From Alphaproteobacteria bacterium (GTDB lineage Bacteria > Pseudomonadota > Alphaproteobacteria > MPNO01 > UBA830): a stretch of DNA of 64,000 nucleotides. The notes below the pieces were generated by a model that saw only the letters and a program-made list of their open reading frames with translations, ran no database searches and was not told where the DNA came from. The translations under genes were made by a program, and so were the position numbers. Below are positions 21,141-31,700 of this stretch, piece after piece. The stretch lies in assembly GCA_965243135.1 (NCBI GenBank), contig OZ251539.1, positions 5,920,001 through 5,984,000 of the forward strand, in the 5' to 3' direction. Position 1 is the first letter of the stretch; the number at the start of each line of letters is the position of its first letter.

Positions 21141-22006
21141 CGGGCCGTTCGGATTCAAGGCGCGACGGCAAAGGAAACGGCGAGTCCCGAGTGCGCGGAT
21201 GGCTGCGGGCGTTGCGCGTCGGGAGAAACGGCGGCGACAGCATTCGCGACACGATCGAGGAATTGATCGAGCAGGAAGACGAGAACGGGAACGCCGAGGA
21301 GCTGGCGCTGTTCCGAAACGTGCTGAGCGTCCGGGACGCCGCGGTCGAGGACGTCATGGTGCCGCGCGCCGACATCGTCGCCGTGGACGTCGAGACTTCC
21401 CTGGCGGACGTGGCGCAACTCATGAACCGGAGCAGTCATTCGCGGTTGCCGGTTTATCGCGGGCGGCTGGACGACGTGATCGGCATGGTCCACATCAAGG
21501 ACCTGCTCGCCCGACGGAAAGACGATTCGAGCGTCGAGTCGATCGTCCGCAAGCTGCTGTTCGTCGCTCCCTCGATGCGCGTTCTCGAGCTTCTGCTGCA
21601 GATGCGGGTCAACCGCATTCACATGGCGCTCGTCGTCGACGAGTTCGGCGGCATCGACGGTCTGGTGAGCATCGAGGACCTCGTCGAGGAGATCGTCGGC
21701 GAGATCGAGGACGAGCACGACCACGGCACTCGACCCGGTCTCGTTCGGAGAGGCGATTCGATCGACGTGGACGCGCGGCTGGAAATCGAGGATTTCGAGA
21801 AGGAGACGGGCTCCTTCCTGAGCGACGCGGAGCGGGAGGAGGTCCACACCATGGGCGGCCTGGTGTTCTATATCGCGGGCCGCGTTCCGGGCCGCGGCGA
21901 AGTCATCCGCCACGAAACCGGAATCGAATTCGAAATTCTGGAGGCCGATCCGAGGCGGATTCGCCGGATCCGGGCAACGGGCGTTCCGTCCGGCGAGAGC
22001 GAATGA
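21137..22006 (+). CDS. corC: CBS/CorC magnesium-cobalt efflux family protein
   Basis: DVMVPRAD, HSRLPVY, VVDEFGGIDGLVSIED, CorC C-terminus. Confidence 0.9.
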   Translation: MTGRSDSRRDGKGNGESRVRGWLRALRVGRNGGDSIRDTIEELIEQEDENGNAEELALFRNVLSVRDAAVEDVMVPRADIVAVDVETSLADVAQLMNRSSHSRLPVYRGRLDDVIGMVHIKDLLARRKDDSSVESIVRKLLFVAPSMRVLELLLQMRVNRIHMALVVDEFGGIDGLVSIEDLVEEIVGEIEDEHDHGTRPGLVRRGDSIDVDARLEIEDFEKETGSFLSDAEREEVHTMGGLVFYIAGRVPGRGEVIRHETGIEFEILEADPRRIRRIRATGVPSGESE

Positions 22007-23577
22007 CGCGCTTGCGGGCCGCGTCGGCGCGCCTCGCTTTCGGGATCGCATCGCTCGCCGGCTGGCGCCGCTGCTGCGCGGCCGCGTCGTTCGGTGCCTG
22101 CGCCGCCGCCGCCCAGCCGCCGTTCCACGTTCTTCCGGCGCTCGTCGCTGGATTCGCTGGCCTGATCTGGCTCCTCGACGGCGCCGCGACGGCTCGCAGA
22201 TCGTTCGGCGATGGCTGGATGTTCGGGGCGGGCTACTTCGCGGCGGGGCTTTACTGGGTATCGAACGCGCTGCTGGTGGACGCGGAAAGGTTCGCCTGGC
22301 TTGTCCCGTTCGCCGTTGTCGGACTTTCGTTCGGGCTGGGAGTCTTCGGAGGCGTGGCCGCGCTCGCCGCGTATCGGTTCCGGACGACCGGACTGACGAG
22401 GGTATGCGTTCTGGCGGCCTGCTGGACGTTCTTCGAATGGGCGAGGGGAGCGGCGTTCACGGGATTCCCCTGGAATCCCGTCGGCAACGTTTGGGTCGCG
22501 GCATTGCCGGTGCTGCAGGCGGCGGCATGGTTCGGAGTCTACGGGCTGTCGTTCGTGACCGTGTACGCGGCCGGCGCCTTCGCCATGCTGGCGTCGCCGG
22601 GATCCCGGTTTTCCGCCGCGTCGGGGGTCTGCTTGCTGGCGGCGCTCGCCGTCGCGGGCGGCGTCCGCCTGGCGGCCGCTTCGGACGAAACGGTCGACGG
22701 AGTGAAACTGCGCATCGTGCAGCCGAACATTGCGCAGCGCGACAAATGGCGGAACGACAGGAGGGCCGCCAATCTGCGGAAGCTTCTGGAACTGAGCGCC
22801 GGCGGGGGGGCGACGCACGTGATATGGCCCGAAACGGCCGTACGCTTCGCGCTGACGACGGACGGCGGAAGCCGCCGGTTGCTGCGCGCCGCCGTGCCGC
22901 GGGACGGGATTCTGGTCACGGGTTTCACGAGGTACGGGTTCGACGGCGGCCGGTTGAAAGAGGTCTGGAACAGCCTCGCCGTCCTCGACGGCGACGCGCG
23001 GATCGTCGGAGTCTACGACAAGCACCGGCTGGTGCCGTTCGGCGAGTTCGTGCCGTTTCGCTCGTTTTTGCCGATGGACAAGATCACTCCCGGCGCGCTG
23101 GATTTTTCTCCCGGGTCCGGGCCGGCGACCCTGAGGCCGGCCGGGTCGCCGCCCTTCAGCCCGTTGATCTGCTACGAGGCGATCTTTCCCGGCGGCGTAA
23201 CCGCGCCGGACGACCGTCCCGCGTGGCTGTTGAACGTCACGAACGACGCATGGTTCGGCGGCAGCGCCGGTCCGTACCAGCATTTCGCCTCGGCGCGGAT
23301 GCGGGCGGTGGAGGAGGGGCTGCCGCTGGCGCGAGCCGCGAACACGGGGATTTCGGGCGTGGTGGACGCTTACGGGCGCGTGAAGGCACGGCTCGATCTC
23401 GAGGAGGGAGGGGTCATCGACGCGGATTTGCCCCGCGCCGCCGTCCGGAGAACGCCTTATTCCCTCTATGGGGATTTGCCGGCCGCGATCATGGCATTCG
23501 CCATGTTGTTGGCCATCTACCTTCACGGAAAAAGGAGCGACGGCCTCAATAGTCGACGAGATTTCGCCCATCCATAA
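22003..23577 (+). CDS. lnt: Apolipoprotein N-acyltransferase
   Basis: TGFPWN, WPE, YDKHRLVPFGE, ICYE, TNDAWFG, ANTGIS. Confidence 0.95.
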   Translation: MTRLRAASARLAFGIASLAGWRRCCAAASFGACAAAAQPPFHVLPALVAGFAGLIWLLDGAATARRSFGDGWMFGAGYFAAGLYWVSNALLVDAERFAWLVPFAVVGLSFGLGVFGGVAALAAYRFRTTGLTRVCVLAACWTFFEWARGAAFTGFPWNPVGNVWVAALPVLQAAAWFGVYGLSFVTVYAAGAFAMLASPGSRFSAASGVCLLAALAVAGGVRLAAASDETVDGVKLRIVQPNIAQRDKWRNDRRAANLRKLLELSAGGGATHVIWPETAVRFALTTDGGSRRLLRAAVPRDGILVTGFTRYGFDGGRLKEVWNSLAVLDGDARIVGVYDKHRLVPFGEFVPFRSFLPMDKITPGALDFSPGSGPATLRPAGSPPFSPLICYEAIFPGGVTAPDDRPAWLLNVTNDAWFGGSAGPYQHFASARMRAVEEGLPLARAANTGISGVVDAYGRVKARLDLEEGGVIDADLPRAAVRRTPYSLYGDLPAAIMAFAMLLAIYLHGKRSDGLNSRRDFAHP

Positions 23578-23932
23578 CGTGGTTGCGGACACGCGAATTC
23601 TCCGATCCGGTCGAGACGCTCGACGAACGCAAGCAGACGCGAACGCTTCCGAACGACGATTCCGGAGAATACAGAGGACGCGCCTGCCGCCTTCCAAAAC
23701 CGCACGGATTGCATCCTCATCCACGAACGACAGGGAATTCAGTACCCCGCCTACACATAGCCGAACGCCGCGCTGCCGTTCGCGCGGTTCGAACGCGCTC
23801 CTGTTCGAAACCGAGACAGACGGCAGGCGTGCGCGTACTCCAAGCCTGCCTACGGGATTGCCGTTCGCCGCCTTGATGGGGGTTTGCAGCACGCCCGGGC
23901 CGTTGGCTCCACCGAAAAGACGACACTGCGGA

Positions 23933-24994
23933 TCATTTTGCGAAAAATTCCGCAACAGGGTCTTGAATCCAATCGCCTTCGTAGGCCGCTTCCGGCATCC
24001 TGGCGTCGAAGTCGAGCCGCGCCTTGCGCCCGGTGCGCAGATCGATCGCGAAATTCCCGTATTCGCCCCAGCCCAAACATTGGACGCAGACCGCGGCGTA
24101 GAGCCGGTCGCCGTCCACCACCATGTCCGTCATTTTGAAGTACAGAACCTTCGCGCAACCGGAGGGAACGTCGTAGATCGACCGCCACGTTCCGGCCTTG
24201 CGGTCGAGCGCCAGCACCACGCCCCCGGTCTCGCTGCACGCTTCCGATCCCGTGATCTGAACGACGCTCCAAGAGCTCCGCGCGGCGGCGTTCGCATAAC
24301 CCGCGCCCTCGAACTCTGCCCCCGCGTCGCGAAGGGCGGCGAACTGCGCGCGCACAGTCGCGGCATCGAGCCTGCGCGCTTGCAGGGCGGTTATCGCCGT
24401 GCGGTAGGTTTCGCGTGCGCGGCGAAGGCCGCGCCACAGACAGGCACCGTCGTCGGCGACCAGGCGGTTCGCTCCCCACATGTCGCCCGGCTCGTCGTAG
24501 ACGGCGTCGCCCCACCCCTCGAAATGGAGCCGTTCGGGCGAGGCCGACCCCGGTTCGTCGGCCCAGACCTGGATCTCGTGGTACTGTCCCGCGGAAAGGT
24601 GGACGACGGCATGGTCGCGGTTGGTGGCGAGGTCGCGGCAGCGGAGGGCGAAACTCGCGGTATTCCAATCGCCGACGAGAGCGGAACGGCCGCCGCCGGC
24701 CTCGCGTCCGACAGCGCAACCGCCGTCCGAATTCCACAGCGCCAAGCCGGCTTCCCCGCCGCCGCCGGAAAAATCCCCGCGCAAGACCGCCCGGTTGTGT
24801 CCCGTTGCCCCGTCGCAAATGACGAAGTTACCTGTGTTCGGGTATTCCTTCCAGGACGACGGGGTCGCGACCGTGTCTCCGCCATCCTCCGCGCCGCCGC
24901 CGGAAGCAGGCGGCGCGAGGGCGGAGATGGCGGCAAATAGAAGGCCCATGACCGGCTTGAGGCGTATTGACGGCATGTCTTTACCCCCAATCAT
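23933..24994 (-). CDS. Secreted hypothetical protein
   Basis: 353-aa ORF with signal-like N-terminus; no recognised family. Confidence 0.55.
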   Translation of the reverse strand: MIGGKDMPSIRLKPVMGLLFAAISALAPPASGGGAEDGGDTVATPSSWKEYPNTGNFVICDGATGHNRAVLRGDFSGGGGEAGLALWNSDGGCAVGREAGGGRSALVGDWNTASFALRCRDLATNRDHAVVHLSAGQYHEIQVWADEPGSASPERLHFEGWGDAVYDEPGDMWGANRLVADDGACLWRGLRRARETYRTAITALQARRLDAATVRAQFAALRDAGAEFEGAGYANAAARSSWSVVQITGSEACSETGGVVLALDRKAGTWRSIYDVPSGCAKVLYFKMTDMVVDGDRLYAAVCVQCLGWGEYGNFAIDLRTGRKARLDFDARMPEAAYEGDWIQDPVAEFFAK

Positions 24995-25319
24995 CAGTTC
25001 TGGGAGCCCTCCTCGGCAGCATCGTATTGTGCCATAATGCTATCGAATCATAACCTAGCCCAACCAGCGGACAGGACAGGGCCAGTTAGATGCTACGGGG
25101 CGAGCAGGCGCCGATCATGAGCGTTTGTCAACAGACGCTTGAGACAACTCGACGACGGGTCATGCGCCGTCCGAGGATTTCGGCTCCGTCCACCGGAGTT
25201 CAGTGGCACAGAAGCATCGCTGGACACCGCCGGACTTCCCGGCGTGCGGTACAGCGAACGCAAGAACTTGACCGGACTGAACAGCGTGGGTTTTCAATTG
25301 GAACGAATTGGTCGACAAG

Positions 25320-25503
25320 CGCTGCTGCCTGCGTTCAGGCCACGTTCCGGCTCGCCCCGAGTCTACGGCGCGTAGGCGCAGCAACCACATATCCGCTTTT
25401 TGTTCCACATTCTGAGCGTCCGCGAGGCCCTTGCGGGCCCGTCGGCGGGCGGAGCGGCGAACCGACAAACCGACAAAAAAATGGCTCAGCGCAAACGGCT
25501 CTC
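25320..25503. repeat. Dispersed ~190-bp non-coding repeat, copy 1
   Basis: Shares GCGTTCAGGCCA, CGCGAGGCCCTTGCGGG, CCGACAAAAAA and CAGCGCAAACGGCTCT blocks, in the same order, with 40805-41000. Confidence 0.8.
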
Positions 25504-25504
25504 C

Positions 25505-25533
25505 TTGACACGCCAGCCGATCCGCTCCATAAT
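25505..25533 (+). promoter_or_regulatory. Sigma70-type promoter
   Basis: TTGACA, 17-bp spacer, CATAAT; 58 bp upstream of the ATG at 25592. Confidence 0.7.
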
Positions 25534-25591
25534 TATCCGCGATAGGGGGGCTTCTTGCGCTTTACTTCGGGGTTTGATAGGGAGAAGGAAA

Positions 25592-28582
25592 ATGAAATGC
25601 ACCAAGCTCAATTTTATAAGGTTCGAAAATAAAATTCTAGAATCTTATGTATTTCCGAAAATTACCAAACTCAATCCTACTAATATATTTAAGAAACTTC
25701 TATTTTTTTCTTTTTTTCTGATCCTTTCGACATCGCAGGTGAAACCTGAAGCCGTCACTATAGCCAGTATTTTGACGTTTTCTAAGATGGCAGTTAATTT
25801 AATAGATGGGAATCCTGAAAGGGAAATTCTGGCTGGGAATAGGGAAATATTGAAGGGGGTAACTTATAAATTAAATAACATGGAGGACAGGTTAATTAGT
25901 ATTCAACAACTAATAATTGATATGCCGGAAAGTATATCTAAAATATTAGATGTTCATGAGATAAAAAAACTAAACCAGGAGCTCCAAGAAATCATGCAGA
26001 GAATAGAATTTGACAGAGGCGAGTTGATTAGAGATATAGATGCTAAAATATTTTTAGCATGGCACAAATATTACGACAAGTTAATCGAAGTAAAAAAGCA
26101 GCTTGAGCTTATACTAAGAAAATTGAAAGTTCAAGAATATAATAATGACATGATCGCAATGCTTGCACGCTCAGCAACGTATGGAATGCTTATACGGGTC
26201 CATGAAGAGATCATATCGATCAACAAGAAGTTTCTTTATTTTGATGAAAATACAGTAAAAATGATGGGTTTTTATAACGATATAAACGAAAGAAAAAAGA
26301 TATTAGAAGCTAGGCAAAGCTATCGGCACTCTCTCGCAGCATCAGCCTATAATGACACAAAAAAATCTCTAGAAGACCCGCTTTTCAACGAAATAAAAAG
26401 GCGAATCAACGAGCTGAGATTGTGGCAAGAAACCAACGGCTATTTCCACCAAATATTCCCATCATTTAGATCTTGGATATTGAAATTTCCAAGCTACCAG
26501 GTAGCAGTGGAGACAACTAGAAGAAATTTTAACAGGATTGGGAGGTTATTGCTTAGGATTTGCCCCCAGAAAGGCCTCCGTAAAAGACTAACATCTCAAG
26601 AGATAGAAAGGTTGCTAATGAGGTCATATGAACCTACTCCACCTAGGGAGAACGCTATTTTATATAGAAAAGATTTGTTTAAGAAAATAAAGAATATTGT
26701 GCAAAACTGCCGTGGTGGTTTTGGAGGAGATATTTTAGATATTAAGAATTGGCAGTCTTTTCCAGTGACCTATCAACAACCCTCGGAAGGCGATAATCCG
26801 ATATCTTGGAAACATCGTACGCCACTTGTAGAAGGAAATTTGAAGTTTAAGCGGTACTACAACTCAGTGGGGTTTTGGAAATTCTGGGATAAATGGATAG
26901 GGAATCCATATATTTTACAATCGCCACCTAATATATATAGTATTGAACAGAGGCAATACGAAGTGGAGCGATTAATTCATGTAATATCTCGCCCAAAATC
27001 AACAAAATCAGATGTCGAAACAAGGGTGGAATTTCGCCCAGGATTCATGGCACCACTATCGAAACGAGTTCACGAAGAACTTAGCGAAGAGTTTAAATCC
27101 TGCAATCGCTCCCATGATGATCAATTTTACAATCAAGACGTATGCGGGTGGTCCCCTATTGATGAAAAGCGGGTCTGGTGGGATGGTCGAAAAGGTTTTG
27201 AAGTTAGTTATTTAGAGGCCTACGATGTTCGAAAACAAGCCAAGGAGCGCACCAAGGAGCACATGGTAGACTTGAGTACGGTTTGTTTTGCTCCACTTCG
27301 ACCATCAATAAGAAGTTCTTGGAACCAAATTGTTCTCAGACTTGATCGAATAAAGATTGATCTACCGAAGGCAACGCTTGTAAGAGGGCGGGGGTGTGTT
27401 CGTGACCACATCGGCATCCCTTTTCCAAAGCAGTGGAGAAGGTTGCATCCGGAGCGTTGGGTCGATTTCTATAACGGCCATATGGCTGCTATAGAGTTCG
27501 CGTTACATGTCCAAGTAACAATGGAGCATAACTATCTGCGTTTTCTGAAATATTTTTCACGGTTAAAAATGGGGGAAAATCCAGAACTAGGGCACATTAT
27601 TGATCCTAGGGGTGTCGCTGAGTTGATTGCCCAACAACAAAATGCGGATCAGGCAATCGAGATGTTGGAACTTCTTGCACAAAATGATCGCAGCAAGTTG
27701 ACGGACAAATGGATTTCAACCACAATAAAGCAAACGGGAGAACGGATCGAAGATGAGGAACAGAAAGCGAAATTTGCGGCAAATCTCAAACTGTTTCTTT
27801 TTGCCGCGGAAACTGCCTCTAACATTGTTGATAATAGTACTACGGAGCGTACCGAGGTTGAGGAAGAGTTGGGGCGTGTTGAGGAAGAGTTGGGGCGTGT
27901 TGGGGAAGAGTTGGGGCGTGTTGGGGAAGAGTTGGGGCGTGTTGGGGAAGAATCGGCTGTCATTATTGAGATCGAGAATTCGAAGAATATAGATACTATC
28001 GTCGAAGATTTAACAAGACTTTCACCATCCCTAAAAGGGGGAGCGACAGCAATAGATGAACCAGGCATTAAGGCGAGCACACCATTGTTGAACATATTTG
28101 GGGCAGCGAAATTGGGAAAAACAGTTACTGTTATTGTTGTACATAGGGCTAAAGGTATATCTAAAACAGTAGCACGTTTTTGGATAAAGAAAGTCAACGA
28201 AGGGAAGACAATCTTGCTAGCTCGAAAAATCGGAACTGCTGGAAAGGGGGGGGTTATTAAAATTCCGAGGATGGAGAATATCGAAAGTTTGTCAAGAACG
28301 AGCTCAGGAAAAATTTTTGAAAAATTAAATCAGGCGATAAACCATGGAAAATCAAGGGTGAAATTTGATAACAAGCTCACCTTTAATCAAATAACGCAAT
28401 TGGGACAGAAATTTTTGTGCGGTGGACAAAAAGGATGCGTGGCTAGAACTGGTCGAACAAAATACGGTGGTGTATGGATGCAGCATCGAAATAGAAAATT
28501 CCGCATAGGAGTTAAAAAAGCAGGCCTTGAGGCAAATTTTGAAAACCTTAAAACTGGATCAAATGTGCATTATCGTCCCTGA
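25592..28582 (+). CDS. Large low-GC exported protein with probable C-terminal nuclease toxin domain
   Basis: 996-aa ORF after an AGAAGG RBS; hydrophobic signal-like segment KKLLFFSFFLILSTS; C-term LG..F...GGVW...RKFR...K...ANFE...NVH. Confidence 0.7.
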   Translation: MKCTKLNFIRFENKILESYVFPKITKLNPTNIFKKLLFFSFFLILSTSQVKPEAVTIASILTFSKMAVNLIDGNPEREILAGNREILKGVTYKLNNMEDRLISIQQLIIDMPESISKILDVHEIKKLNQELQEIMQRIEFDRGELIRDIDAKIFLAWHKYYDKLIEVKKQLELILRKLKVQEYNNDMIAMLARSATYGMLIRVHEEIISINKKFLYFDENTVKMMGFYNDINERKKILEARQSYRHSLAASAYNDTKKSLEDPLFNEIKRRINELRLWQETNGYFHQIFPSFRSWILKFPSYQVAVETTRRNFNRIGRLLLRICPQKGLRKRLTSQEIERLLMRSYEPTPPRENAILYRKDLFKKIKNIVQNCRGGFGGDILDIKNWQSFPVTYQQPSEGDNPISWKHRTPLVEGNLKFKRYYNSVGFWKFWDKWIGNPYILQSPPNIYSIEQRQYEVERLIHVISRPKSTKSDVETRVEFRPGFMAPLSKRVHEELSEEFKSCNRSHDDQFYNQDVCGWSPIDEKRVWWDGRKGFEVSYLEAYDVRKQAKERTKEHMVDLSTVCFAPLRPSIRSSWNQIVLRLDRIKIDLPKATLVRGRGCVRDHIGIPFPKQWRRLHPERWVDFYNGHMAAIEFALHVQVTMEHNYLRFLKYFSRLKMGENPELGHIIDPRGVAELIAQQQNADQAIEMLELLAQNDRSKLTDKWISTTIKQTGERIEDEEQKAKFAANLKLFLFAAETASNIVDNSTTERTEVEEELGRVEEELGRVGEELGRVGEELGRVGEESAVIIEIENSKNIDTIVEDLTRLSPSLKGGATAIDEPGIKASTPLLNIFGAAKLGKTVTVIVVHRAKGISKTVARFWIKKVNEGKTILLARKIGTAGKGGVIKIPRMENIESLSRTSSGKIFEKLNQAINHGKSRVKFDNKLTFNQITQLGQKFLCGGQKGCVARTGRTKYGGVWMQHRNRKFRIGVKKAGLEANFENLKTGSNVHYRP
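27857..27949 (+). repeat. 21-bp in-frame tandem repeat (V[E/G]EELGR x4+)
   Basis: GTTG(A/G)GGAAGAGTTGGGGCGT units directly visible. Confidence 0.95.
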
Positions 28583-28749
28583 TCAAATTGGTAAAGGCTG
28601 TGAAATACAAGCGTTCGCTCGTCCAGTGACGGTCTATTCGTTGAGGATCCGCTTCCAGTCCCGCCGGGTGCAAATCTGATATGTAAGCGTTCGCTACCCG
28701 GGTGATGGTCTGCGATTAAGGATCTTCTTCCAGCCCCGCCGCAGGGGCT

Positions 28750-31700
28750 CACGGCGATTTTATTCTCCCCAAGAAAACCTTTTATTAACGCGACGTTAGC
28801 TGCCGAATCCGGCCCTCTGTACATTTTAGTGTACCAGCTCGTCAGTCTTTTGGGTGGAGAATCCAACAAAATCATACGGTTACAAGGTGGCATGGACATT
28901 CGGGAGTCGATTCGGTAAACGTCGACCATCTTCCCGGAGGTTTGCATGTTGCATGGAATCGTCGTCGAACCTGCGAAGGACGAAGAGCGTTTCCAGAGGC
29001 AGGCCCATCTGGGCGCGCTGCCGAAGATCGGCGAAACGCTATGGTATGTCGCTCGTTGGCGCGACGAATGGGTGGCGCTGATCGGCTTTTCGTCACCAGC
29101 GTTGAAGTGCCGCGCACGAGATGCCCGGTTGGGATTTTCGAATTCACGGCTGCATCTCGTGACCAACAACAGCCGGTTCCTTATTTTGCCGGGTTGGCAC
29201 CGTCCCAACCTGGCGTCTCGCTTGCTTTCGCTGTGCGAACAACGCCTCGCGTTGGCCGAAGCGTTTCGGCCACCCGTTGTTGCTTCTGGAAACCTTTGTC
29301 GACCGCTTCCAAGGCACGATTTATCATGCGGCGAACTGGCGATGTCTCGGCCGCACGCGGGGCTTTCGCCGCTACCGCGACGGCTACAAGCCGAGCACCC
29401 CCAAACTCGTCTTCGTTCGCCCCCTGGTTCCGAACGCCCGAACGCGGTTGAACGCCACCGGCCCCGTCTACCGTCACGGAGAGCCCAAGATCAACGCCGC
29501 AATGATGAATGCTTTGTACTTCGCCGATATTCCCCCGTCGGGGTCAGGGGAAGCGCCATCCTCTTGCCACTGTACTGGCGCTTGCGACCGGTGCCGCGTT
29601 GTGCGGCATGCGCAGCTTCCTGGCCATGGGGGAATGGGCGGAGGATCTTGGTCAGAAGGGACGCGAACGGTTCCGCTGCAGGTATCGTGGAAAGCGCTAC
29701 CACGTACCCAGCATGAGCACCCGATGTGCTGATTCGTGTCGACCCCGACAAACTCGACGCTGCTTTGAGGCAGTTCAACGCCGACTACGGCCTGGAAGAT
29801 TCGGCCTACGCGATCGACGGCAAGACACTGCGCGGCGCAATCGACGATGAAGGCAATAAGGTCCATGTCCTCAGTGCCGTCGGTCATTGTACGGCTACCA
29901 CGCATGTCCAGAAAAAGGTTGGGAAACTGCCGGCCGGGGACGAAGTCAAGCAAACCAACGAGATCGGCATGGTCATCCCCATGCTGGAGGAAATCAAGGC
30001 CGATCTCTCCGGCAAGACCTTTACTGTCGACGCCCTGCTGACGCAGAGAAAGCTGGCCAAGTATCTTGGCGAACGAGGTGCTTTCTACGTCTTCACCGTC
30101 AAGGGAAATCAGCCGAACTTGCTTGCCGATCTCGAACTTCTCTTCAGGGACAGAGGCGAACCCGACTTCCGGGAAGGACCGGATCTGGAACATGGCCGAA
30201 TCGAAGAACGAATGGACCTCCACCGAACTCAACGACTATCTCGACTTTCCCGGCGTCGGTCAGGCTTTCGTTGCGCAATGTCATCGTCAAAAAAACTGGC
30301 AAGCAGGAAGTGGTCTATGGGATCACAAACCACACTCCCGAGACCGCAACCCCTGCCCAAGTGCTTGCACCGCGGTCACTGGACGGTCGAAAACAGCAGC
30401 CACTACGTACTGGAATTGGGACGAGGACCGTCAGCAAATCCGCACCGGTCACGGCCCCGAGAACGCCTCACGGCTACGCCGTTTCGCCATTGGGCTAGCC
30501 AAGCACGCCTGCGTCGCTTCCGCTATCCGGCGCCTCCAAAGAAGTCCTCGGCTAGTCCTGCCTGTCCCCCACAAATCGATACTAGACTTTTTGGTGCCGA
30601 TTCGCTACGGTGCCCGGCATGGAGTTCCAGAACCAAGTCATCCGCAGTCTTCGCAGCGACCTCGCCCGGCTGCAAGGGCTGACCGGGACCAGCCGCAGCC
30701 AGCTGGTTGATCGGGTTTGCGCGGAGTTCGGGTTCCGGGACGCCCGTGGTCGCTGGCAACGCATGACCTGCCTGAAGGCCCTGACCGTTTTGGAGGCGGA
30801 AGGGCTTGTTTCGTTGCCGCCGTGTCGCAGCGTTCGGCAGCGTCGGCGGCGTGTTGTCGATCCGGTGGCGCCGGCGCACGGCGTGCCGGACGCGGTCGGC
30901 GCGGTCGAGGATTTGAAACTGGTTCTGGTGACAAACGCACAGCAGCGCACGATCTGGGACGGGGGCGCACGAGCATCCGCGTGGCGCAGGGCCGTTCGTA
31001 GGTTGTCAGGTGCGTTGTTGGGTCCGCGCATGGCTGGCTGGGAGCTGTCGGGTTTGCGGCCTCGGCGCGCTGGCTGGCCTGTCGCGACCGTCGGTTGGGA
31101 CGACGACAGACGGCGCGCTTGTTTGCACCGGGTAGTCGGTCTGTGTCGTTTTCTGATCCGGCCCGGGGTGTCGTGCCGTAACCTCGCCTCACATGTTCTG
31201 AACCGCGTGGTCCACAGGAAACGACTTCGAGGCGCGCTACGGCTACTGCCCGTATCTGCTGGAGACCTTCGTCAATGAGGACAAGCATACGGGAGCGAGC
31301 TTCCAGGCCGCAAACTGGCGGTGGGTGGGAAAGACCAGCGGTCGCGGTCGCCGAGGGCGTGCGGCGGAGGCACCGAAAGCGGTGTACATGTATGAACTGG
31401 ATGCGGGATGGCGGGAGCATCTGCGGGTACCGCGTCTTGTGCCGCTGGAGGTCGGAGCCGGCCTGGACCGGGAGAACTGGGCGGAACAAGAGTTCGGCGG
31501 CGCGCCGCTGGGGGATGCGCGTCTGAGCGCGCGTCTGGTGACTTGCGCCCGCCATCAGGCGGATGCGCCGATGCGAGCGTTCACAGGCGCTGCGAGAGGG
31601 GATCGGGCTTTGATAAAGGCTTACTACCGTCTGCACGCCGGACAGGGATGCGGTCACGGTGGAGAATATCCTGCAACCGCATCGACGCCAGACGCTGCGG

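Noticed and set aside
23583-23630. Possible inverted repeat with 52445-52495 marking the inversion breakpoints
   Set aside because: Only about 11 bp (TTCTCCGATCC) of exact match; too weak to support
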